Below are positions 8,414-15,216 of a stretch of 19,971 nt of DNA, in pieces; positions within the stretch are counted from its first letter, which is position 1; every line of letters starts with the position of its first letter. The position numbers were made by a program, and so were the translations under genes. The stretch is taken from contig JBDRKI010000027.1 in the NCBI GenBank assembly GCA_043814095.1, positions 1-19,971 of the forward strand. Direction: 5' to 3'. The notes under the pieces are model-generated. The model saw only the letters and a program-made list of their open reading frames with translations, was not told the DNA's origin and did not search any database. Source of the DNA: Armatimonadota bacterium (GTDB lineage: Bacteria > Vulcanimicrobiota > JACPDS01 > JBDRKI01).

Positions 8414-8441
8414 AGACAAAAGAAAGATTATTTTGTATAAT
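8413..8441 (+). promoter_or_regulatory. Putative sigma70 promoter with a weak -35
   Basis: CAGACA-N17-TATAAT, followed by RBS GGGGG and ATG 8476. Confidence 0.6.
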
Positions 8442-8475
8442 TTAAAGTGTAAATTGTATTAAAGGGGGTATAAAG

Positions 8476-8952
8476 ATGATAAGCAATATTTCACAGACCG
8501 CAATCCATAACTTTAACAAGGCGGAGAAACCCGGCAGGCTTATAAAAAACAAGACATGGTTAAGCAAAGTTGAACTGGATGATAAAACGGATCTGATAAC
8601 AGAAAAAGTTTTTGATCCCGAAGAAGATAAGTTTACCGATAAAATAAAATACATGATTCTCGAGATGGATTTAGGGCCAACGCAGACCTACAATGTAGGA
8701 CGGGTTTTCCGTTATAAACTGAAGCTGGAAGACGGGAAATTTACATTCATAAACGCATATATCCGCGGCATGAAGTACGATGGGTCCGGTGATAAGTGGG
8801 ATTTTACCGTAGACCGTGTTGATAAAACAAGCAAGGAAGAGATTATTCTGCCAAGGTTGGCGAAAATAAGAGAGGATCAGCAAGAAAAAGGGAATAAAGA
8901 TATAGTTACCGTGCTTAATTATGTCATTGACGGGACTGAAATGCTGAAATAA
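8476..8952 (+). CDS. Hypothetical protein
   Basis: 158-aa ORF with RBS AAGGGGG and an upstream promoter. No family recognised. Confidence 0.75.
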   Translation: MISNISQTAIHNFNKAEKPGRLIKNKTWLSKVELDDKTDLITEKVFDPEEDKFTDKIKYMILEMDLGPTQTYNVGRVFRYKLKLEDGKFTFINAYIRGMKYDGSGDKWDFTVDRVDKTSKEEIILPRLAKIREDQQEKGNKDIVTVLNYVIDGTEMLK

Positions 8953-8964
8953 AAAGGTAATTTT

Positions 8965-9666
8965 ATGAGTGATGGTATTATACGGCAAACCCATGAGCTT
9001 TTATCCGAACAGCTGCCCGGCGCTCAAAGAGCAAAAGCCAGAGAATATCTTAAAAATTTGTTTGGGGATCAAACTTTGGATTTAATGACCCAATCGTTGA
9101 GTAAATTTACGGAAGAATTTCAGGGAAGGCTGGTTGTCAGGATAAACGATAAATGGATGAAAGTAAACAGTGGCTTTAGCGTTACAGAGCAGGAGCGGAT
9201 TGTAAGTTTTCTTTCCGGGGGCAATAGCACCGAAGTTAACCGCATAGGGGAGCGTCTTTTAAATGAGATGCTTATGGATCGTAATACTCCAAAATTTATA
9301 GTCAGGATCTTTACGGTAGAAAAAGCGCATGATACTTTTTTGTCGTTATGCTGTAATCTAGATGGAATAAAAACCCAGATTGAAACTGGCGTCTTCGGCG
9401 CTAAATATGTTACGGACTTTGTTTTGGACTCTGCCGCTCTTGATGCGGAAGGAAAGATTCTTTTGGAAAAATATGCTGCCAGACTTAACAGGACTGTTCC
9501 CGCAGCAGGTGTTGACAAGTTCCGAAAAAACGTAAAAGTAAAATCTTCTTCTGTTTCTAATTTTGAAGGATTAAACAAGCCCAAAGGCGGCATGCGCGGG
9601 ATAAGGTGTTTTAGAATAAAAATAAAGAATTTTAAGGTTAAAAGATTTAAATTTCCGTGGATATAA
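8965..9666 (+). CDS. Hypothetical protein with a very basic C-terminal tail
   Basis: 233-aa ORF with RBS AAGGT, 12 bp after the previous gene. No family recognised. Confidence 0.65.
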   Translation: MSDGIIRQTHELLSEQLPGAQRAKAREYLKNLFGDQTLDLMTQSLSKFTEEFQGRLVVRINDKWMKVNSGFSVTEQERIVSFLSGGNSTEVNRIGERLLNEMLMDRNTPKFIVRIFTVEKAHDTFLSLCCNLDGIKTQIETGVFGAKYVTDFVLDSAALDAEGKILLEKYAARLNRTVPAAGVDKFRKNVKVKSSSVSNFEGLNKPKGGMRGIRCFRIKIKNFKVKRFKFPWI

Positions 9667-9721
9667 TTATGCTGGTTATTTATAAAGGTTTTTTTAAGGG
9701 AAAGAATAATTATAAATACGT

Positions 9722-10897
9722 ATGCGGGAAGAAAAAAAGATATTCGGCTTTTCTAAAAATATTTTCAATCTAGGGCTTATAAGTTTTTTTACGGATTTTT
9801 CCAGCGAGATGATATACCCGCTCCTGCCCGTGTTTTTAACTTCGGTTCTTCACGCTTCTTTTGCTTTCGTAGGTGTGGTTGAGGGCATAGCCCAGAGCAC
9901 GGCAAGCATACTGAAGCTTGTCTTCGGATGGCTTTCGGATAAGACAAATAAAAGAAAAGTCTTTGTCGCCACAGGATATACTATTTCTTCAATAATAAGG
10001 CCCATGGTTGCTTTCGCGGTCGCTCCGTGGCAGGTTCTTTTTATAAGGTTTGCGGACAGAGTCGGCAAGGGCATAAGGAACGCCCCAAGGGATGCTTTAA
10101 TCGCAGATACTTGCGAACCAGACAAAAAGGGCAAAGCGTTCGGTTTTAACAGGGCCATGGATCACGCCGGCGCGGTAATAGGGCCGCTGGCCGCGTATCT
10201 GCTTCTTCTTTATTTTACAAATAATTACAGGCTTGTTTTCGCGCTCTCATTTATCCCCGCGTTAATAGCTGTTTTTATTGTCTTGTTTTTAATAAAAGAA
10301 AAGAAAAAAGATAATATCTGCAAGAATGAACCCGTCAAATTAAATTTTAAGATTTTTGATAAAAATTTCAAAACATTCTTAATTGTTATTTTCATTTTCA
10401 CGTTAGGCAACTCATCAGACGCTTTCTTAATACTCAGGGCAAAGGATCTGGGTATACCGGTTGTCTTTCTGCCCGTGTTATGGATGCTGCTTCATATTGT
10501 TAAAGCAGTCGGCGCCGGTCCGGGCGGGGCGTTATCCGATAAGCTCGGGAGGAAGAAAATCATTATAGCCGGATGGATTGTATATTTTCTTGCATATCTT
10601 GGTTTTGCCTTTGCCGGTAATTCATATCATATATGGCTGTTATTTGCGGTTTACGGCTTCTTTTTCGCTCTAACGGAAGCCGCGGAAAAGGCTTATGTGG
10701 CGGATCTGGTTGATGATAATATCCGCGGATCAGCTTACGGGGCATATAACTTCATAATAGGCATAGGAGCCCTCCCCGCAAGCTTAATAATGGGTATTTT
10801 ATGGCAGAAGTTCGGGGTAGTTTCAGCATTCTCATTTGGGGCTGTTTTAGCCGTAATTTCGGCATTTTTGCTTGCATTTACGGTCAAAAACAAATAA
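9722..10897 (+). CDS. Major facilitator superfamily transporter
   Basis: About 12 hydrophobic segments, MFS motif A in both halves (GWLSDKTNKRK and GALSDKLGRKK), and RFADRVGKGIRNAPRDALIAD. Confidence 0.95.
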   Translation: MREEKKIFGFSKNIFNLGLISFFTDFSSEMIYPLLPVFLTSVLHASFAFVGVVEGIAQSTASILKLVFGWLSDKTNKRKVFVATGYTISSIIRPMVAFAVAPWQVLFIRFADRVGKGIRNAPRDALIADTCEPDKKGKAFGFNRAMDHAGAVIGPLAAYLLLLYFTNNYRLVFALSFIPALIAVFIVLFLIKEKKKDNICKNEPVKLNFKIFDKNFKTFLIVIFIFTLGNSSDAFLILRAKDLGIPVVFLPVLWMLLHIVKAVGAGPGGALSDKLGRKKIIIAGWIVYFLAYLGFAFAGNSYHIWLLFAVYGFFFALTEAAEKAYVADLVDDNIRGSAYGAYNFIIGIGALPASLIMGILWQKFGVVSAFSFGAVLAVISAFLLAFTVKNK

Positions 10898-10946
10898 AAT
10901 CCTTATTTTATAAGTGCTTTTTAAGTATTATTATAAGGGGCGAAAT

Positions 10947-10985
10947 GTTAACAATTTGTTAACAAAAAGTTAACGAAATGTTAAC
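10947..10985. promoter_or_regulatory. Four GTTAAC hexamers at exact 11-bp periodicity; putative OmpR/PhoB-family (Pho-box/ArcA-box-like) operator
   Basis: GTTAAC at 10947, 10958, 10969 and 10980 with 5-nt A/T-rich spacers, ending 9 bp upstream of a -35 element. Confidence 0.8.
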
Positions 10986-10994
10986 ATTTTCTCA

Positions 10995-11023
10995 TTGAAA
11001 AAAGATGCTTTTCCCCTTATAAT
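10995..11023 (+). promoter_or_regulatory. Sigma70 promoter of the metalloprotease operon
   Basis: TTGAAA-N17-TATAAT; RBS GAGGTG at 11078-11083. Confidence 0.8.
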
Positions 11024-11089
11024 ATAACTAAAGCAAAAAGCGGGCAATCTAGACTTGTTTATTTTGCTTATTTGCAAGAGGTGTGAATT

Positions 11090-12571
11090 ATGAATTTAAA
11101 CGGTTTATTTAACGGCATACTGGGAGCCGCGGTAAATTACGGAATAAATCAACTCACCAATCCTTATGTACAGGTAGATAATAATATACAGAGCCAGATC
11201 AGCCAGATGCAGTCACAGCTGGCAGCTAAGTTTGCGATGATAAATCAGGGCGCATTGGGCTCTCCCGGCAGCTCCGGCGGCATTGTGGGTTCAATCCCGA
11301 TGTACGGCGGACTTAATTCTTTCTGGAATTCCGGTGTGGATGCATCAACTGCAACGGGAGTTATAAACAAACCCACGATAGAGGAAACACACACAAGCGC
11401 GCAGGAGATTTCGGCAAGTTTAAGCGCGGAACCCCAGGATAGAGAAGCATTGATAAACGGTTTGCTTGATGATAAATTAGCCCAGCTTGTGGCAAAGGAT
11501 CCTAATACTCTTACAAAAACCGACATTTATTATTTAGGGCAGATTAAGAAACTAAAAGAAGACTTGAAAGACGTTCCTACTGAAGCACTGGAACTTTTAA
11601 AGAAGAACGGGACAAAGATTAAGATATCAACAAAAGGCGATTCACTGCAGGGTATGGGGGTTATTAAGGTCATAGATTCCAGCGGGGCTGAAAAAACGAT
11701 TTCAGATATAGTAGGGGTTTTGAATCAGGTAAAAGAAAATAACGGATTTAAAAATATTGATACTTCTGTAATAGGTAAAACTTTTACGGATTTAAAGATG
11801 ACTTATGTTTCACCGGATAAAAATTCCACCGATGTAAAAGGAATAGATGTATTTAAAGACCAGATCGCGAAAGAAGCCGTTTCAGTATCCGGCAATGAAT
11901 CAATGGGTGCGGAGATGGCGGAAATTCTTTCAAGCGAAGCTCAGACTAAGCAGTTTAAGGAATATCTGGAGAAGCGCAAAACCGATAAACCCGAAGACCT
12001 GCAGAAAACAGAAAAATTGATCGAGCTTGTCAATATGTGGGAAGCGGCAAGAAATTTGCCAGTTAAGCATGACGGACAGTACTACAGACCGCAGGAATAT
12101 GAAGTAATAAGGGCATGGGACAGCGGAGAGATCGAATCATTATATTCAAATACCGATAAGACTCTTTATTTAAAAGACGATGTTTTAGGCAAAGTAATGA
12201 GCGAAAAAGACGCAGGCAAAGTGGCAGTTCATGAACTGGCACACGCGCTTGAAAAGTCATTGCAGGATTTAGTGCCTGATGTGGGCAACAGTATAACTAA
12301 AAAGGTTGAAGAATATTATAAAGAAAATGCGGAGAAAGACCAGGATGCTATAAATATAGATCCGAACGGAACGAATGAGTTCATCACTCCTTATTCAAGC
12401 ACATGCGCATCAGAATATTTTGCAGAAACAGTAGCAGCTTACTTTTATCCGCCTAAGGCAGAGGTCTTGAAAAAGACCGACCCGAAGCAGTATAATTTAC
12501 TTAATGCTCTGTTTACGGAATTAGGTATAGCAAAACAGATAGCAATGGGCAATGTTCAGAAAACTGCATAA
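11090..12571 (+). CDS. Anthrax toxin lethal factor-related (ATLF/PPEP-like) zinc metalloendopeptidase with a low-complexity N-terminus
   Basis: VHELAHALE (HExxH, residues 381-385), followed by PY...SEYFAETVAAYF and LKKTDPKQY. The segment LKDVPTEALELLKKNGTKIKI resembles the start of the ATLF fold. No Sec signal peptide. Confidence 0.8.
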   Translation: MNLNGLFNGILGAAVNYGINQLTNPYVQVDNNIQSQISQMQSQLAAKFAMINQGALGSPGSSGGIVGSIPMYGGLNSFWNSGVDASTATGVINKPTIEETHTSAQEISASLSAEPQDREALINGLLDDKLAQLVAKDPNTLTKTDIYYLGQIKKLKEDLKDVPTEALELLKKNGTKIKISTKGDSLQGMGVIKVIDSSGAEKTISDIVGVLNQVKENNGFKNIDTSVIGKTFTDLKMTYVSPDKNSTDVKGIDVFKDQIAKEAVSVSGNESMGAEMAEILSSEAQTKQFKEYLEKRKTDKPEDLQKTEKLIELVNMWEAARNLPVKHDGQYYRPQEYEVIRAWDSGEIESLYSNTDKTLYLKDDVLGKVMSEKDAGKVAVHELAHALEKSLQDLVPDVGNSITKKVEEYYKENAEKDQDAINIDPNGTNEFITPYSSTCASEYFAETVAAYFYPPKAEVLKKTDPKQYNLLNALFTELGIAKQIAMGNVQKTA

Positions 12572-12587
12572 CAGGAGATTTATTTAA

Positions 12588-12881
12588 ATGAAAATAAAAT
12601 TAATACAGCCGTCAACCAATGAACCTATAGGAGAAGTAAGGTTAGAAGACAACAAAACAGTAATAGATGTAAAAGACGAAGAATTAAAGGGAAAACTGGA
12701 AGAGTTTTTCAAAATACCTATAGAGTATAAAGAGAATCTGGAATCAGAAGACGGGAGCGTAACTGCTTCAGCAAGAAAAAAGGCAGAACCGGGAACAGTG
12801 AAATTTTTTGAAAAAGCCGTCAGCGAACTTGGAAAATTCAACTTAAAAGGCGAACTTGAATACGACAGCTTCAAGTTTTAA
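12588..12881 (+). CDS. Small hypothetical protein (candidate immunity protein or chaperone)
   Basis: 97-aa Lys/Glu-rich ORF with RBS AGGAG, 16 bp after the protease gene. Confidence 0.75.
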   Translation: MKIKLIQPSTNEPIGEVRLEDNKTVIDVKDEELKGKLEEFFKIPIEYKENLESEDGSVTASARKKAEPGTVKFFEKAVSELGKFNLKGELEYDSFKF

Positions 12882-12895
12882 CCGGAGGACAGTAT

Positions 12896-13126
12896 ATGAG
12901 TACAGAACAAACAAGATTAAATGTAGATGTTTCTAGAGCCGCACAGGGCGCTATAAGCTTCGGCCAGGCTCCCGCGGAGAAGATTCACGAGTCATGGCAT
13001 GACCGCGGTGACGGTGTTGATGCAGACAATAAATTATTTAAATATGCCGCCTATACAGACCCGCAGAAACAAACTTGGCTTAATCTTTCCAAGAATTTCG
13101 GCTCTGGTTTTGACGGTTTAGTATAG
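12896..13126 (+). CDS. Small hypothetical protein
   Basis: 76-aa ORF with strong RBS GGAGG, 14 bp after the previous gene and directly followed by a terminator. Confidence 0.7.
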   Translation: MSTEQTRLNVDVSRAAQGAISFGQAPAEKIHESWHDRGDGVDADNKLFKYAAYTDPQKQTWLNLSKNFGSGFDGLV

Positions 13127-13151
13127 AAAAATATTAAAAAATCAGATAATT

Positions 13152-13182
13152 AAAAGACTCCTGTTTTCAGGAGTCTTTTTTT
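13152..13182 (+). terminator. Rho-independent terminator
   Basis: Stem AAAAGACTCCTG / CAGGAGTCTTTT with a TTTT loop, ending in a run of seven T (13176-13182). Confidence 0.9.
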
Positions 13183-13192
13183 ATGGTATAAT
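13164..13192 (+). promoter_or_regulatory. Putative extended -10 promoter overlapping the terminator
   Basis: TTTTCA-N17-TATAAT with TGn directly before the -10 (TGGTATAAT, 13184-13192), 9 nt upstream of ATG 13202. Confidence 0.6.
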
Positions 13193-13201
13193 TTAATTCC
13201 A

Positions 13202-13732
13202 ATGAAAAAGCTTGTATTTGACTTAGAAACCCAGAAATTAGCTGATGAAGTCGGCGGCTGGGGCAATATTAAAGATATGCTGCTCAGCGTTGCCTGTGTT
13301 TACAATCTTGATACTTCCGAAGAACTTGTTTTTACCGAAGATAAAGTTAGGGATCTTATCATAGAACTTCTTGGTGCTGATCTTGTAATAGGGTTTAATA
13401 TTATAAACTTTGATTACAAGGTGCTGCAGGCATATACCCATCTTGACTTAAGGCAGATAAAGACTTTAGACCTTTCCTGGGAAGTTAAGAAAAACATGGG
13501 CCGCAGGATTAGTTTGAATAATCTTGCCAAAAACACGTTAAATAAATCTAAATTAGGTTCTGGCCTGGAAGCTGTGGAGTGGTACAGGAATAAACAGATG
13601 GAACAACTTATATCTTACTGCATGGAAGACGTAAAAATTACCCATGAGCTTTATAAATACGGCAAAGAGATGGGCCATGTTTTTGCAGAACATGAAGGCA
13701 AGCGGTTCCGCGTGCCTGTCAGCTGGAGATAA
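13202..13732 (+). CDS. YprB/RNase_H_2-like DEDD 3'-5' exonuclease (stand-alone)
   Basis: ExoI VFDLET, ExoII IGFNIINFDY, SLNNLA, ExoIII YCMEDVKIT. Confidence 0.85.
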   Translation: MKKLVFDLETQKLADEVGGWGNIKDMLLSVACVYNLDTSEELVFTEDKVRDLIIELLGADLVIGFNIINFDYKVLQAYTHLDLRQIKTLDLSWEVKKNMGRRISLNNLAKNTLNKSKLGSGLEAVEWYRNKQMEQLISYCMEDVKITHELYKYGKEMGHVFAEHEGKRFRVPVSWR

Positions 13733-13741
13733 TCCTTATTC

Positions 13742-13770
13742 TTGACAGGAATCTATTTCTATATTATACT
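13742..13770 (+). promoter_or_regulatory. Sigma70 promoter of the abiE operon
   Basis: TTGACA-N17-TATACT. Confidence 0.85.
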
Positions 13771-13814
13771 TAAAGAGTGTTTCAGTATTAGGCCATAAAC
13801 AGGAAGAAAATGAA

Positions 13815-14423
13815 ATGAAATTTCAGGATTTTTATAAAGCGCTTGTAAGGAAAAAATATTATATTTTTTCTTTTAATGATATACTGACTTTTTTTCCGAA
13901 AGAAAATAAGAGTAATCTTGAAAAACGTATTTATACATGGAAAAAGAAAGGTTGGGTTTATTCAATTAAAAAAGGATTGTATGAGTTGACTTATCCCCAG
14001 GATATTATAATTCCTGATTTATATATAGCAAACCGCCTGTATGCGCCGTCCTATATTTCTCTGGAAACAGCCCTGTCGTATTACAGTATTATTCCTGAAG
14101 TTGCCATGGGGGCAACCTCTATAACTACAAAACCTACAAGAAAATTTAAAAACAAACACGGTTTTTTTTCTTACCGCACTGTAAAGCCCGTACTTTTTAC
14201 CGGATATTCAATATTAGAACAGAACGGTTTTGAAGTTTTAATAGCTGAGCCGGAAAAGGCCTTGGTAGATTATTTGTATTTTAATAAGGGTGTAGATTTT
14301 GAAGAAGAAAGATTTGAAAAGGACGTACTATCTAAATTAAACAGGAGAAAGTTAAGGTATTATGCCGAATTATGCAATATTAATTTAAAGAGGTTTTATG
14401 CTTACTTACGAGACATTGATTAG
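13815..14423 (+). CDS. abiEi: Type IV toxin-antitoxin antitoxin, AbiEi family
   Basis: N-terminal winged-HTH ending IKKGLY, then PSYISLETALSYYSIIPE and AEPEKALVD. Overlaps the downstream toxin gene by 26 bp. Confidence 0.88.
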   Translation: MKFQDFYKALVRKKYYIFSFNDILTFFPKENKSNLEKRIYTWKKKGWVYSIKKGLYELTYPQDIIIPDLYIANRLYAPSYISLETALSYYSIIPEVAMGATSITTKPTRKFKNKHGFFSYRTVKPVLFTGYSILEQNGFEVLIAEPEKALVDYLYFNKGVDFEEERFEKDVLSKLNRRKLRYYAELCNINLKRFYAYLRDID

Positions 14424-15204
14424 TCAGGCCAAGATCAGGGAAATGCCCGCAAATAAATTAAGGGGTATATTAAGGGAATATATACAGATCCTTATTTTAA
14501 AAGAAATATCACGTTCTAAATCAGGTAAGAAGATTTATTTTTTAGGGGGTACTTACCTGAGACTTATTCATAACTTGAGAAGATTTTCTGAAGATTTGGA
14601 TTTTAATGTATTCGGCATGAATAAGGGAGAATTTGAGAAACTTATTCGGTTTGTAAAAACAGAACTTCAAAGATTCGGGATTAATTCCGAATCAACTTTT
14701 AAATATAGAAACAACTTATTAACTGCTAATATGATTTTTCCCGATATAGAAGAAAGGTACAATGTTAAAAGTAATTATAAACATAAAGGATTTATAATTA
14801 AAATTGAAACAAATTCTCCTTCTTATAAAATAGAGACAGAAACAGAGGTTCTTTCTGGTTTTGGAGAGGTATTTCCGATTCTTTGTATGAAAAAAGAATG
14901 TATATTTGCCGAGAAAATAGACGCTTTGATTAAAAAAAACAGGGGGCGTCATATTTATGATGTAATTTTTATGCTCTCTGCCGGTTTTCCAGTAAGCAAG
15001 AAGGTACTTTTGAATAATAACATAACAGAACCTCCGGACAAAGTTATTCTAGACAGAATTAATTCTTTTTCTTCTCAGGAACTTAAAAAACTGGCAAAAA
15101 ATTTACAACCTTTTTTATTTGATGAGAAAGATTCAGAATTAGTTGCTGATGCTCCTCTGGTTATATCATCTTTGCTTGGAAAGAGAAAATTAGAAGTTGT
15201 ATAA
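14398..15204 (+). CDS. abiEii: AbiEii/DUF1814 nucleotidyltransferase toxin
   Basis: FLGGTYLR, RRFSEDLDF, IKIE, AEKIDAL, RGRHIYD. RBS AGAGG. Confidence 0.92.
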   Translation: MLTYETLISQAKIREMPANKLRGILREYIQILILKEISRSKSGKKIYFLGGTYLRLIHNLRRFSEDLDFNVFGMNKGEFEKLIRFVKTELQRFGINSESTFKYRNNLLTANMIFPDIEERYNVKSNYKHKGFIIKIETNSPSYKIETETEVLSGFGEVFPILCMKKECIFAEKIDALIKKNRGRHIYDVIFMLSAGFPVSKKVLLNNNITEPPDKVILDRINSFSSQELKKLAKNLQPFLFDEKDSELVADAPLVISSLLGKRKLEVV

Positions 15205-15216
15205 TAAAAAATAAAA

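Noticed and set aside
10947-10985. GTTAAC array as a CRISPR, iteron origin or simple VNTR
   Set aside because: Units are only 11 bp with 5-nt variable spacers, no cas or rep gene is nearby, and its position just upstream of a -35 fits an operator better.
10898-13740. 10-bp direct repeat AATCCTTATT (10898-10907 and 13731-13740) flanking the protease operon and exonuclease as a possible island boundary
   Set aside because: Short and AT-rich. ATCCTTATT also occurs inside abiEii, and no integrase or tRNA is present, so chance cannot be excluded.
13742-13814. AbiEi autoregulatory inverted repeats in the abiE promoter
   Set aside because: Expected from characterised AbiE systems, but only trivial 4-bp complementarity (GTTT/AAAC) is visible.
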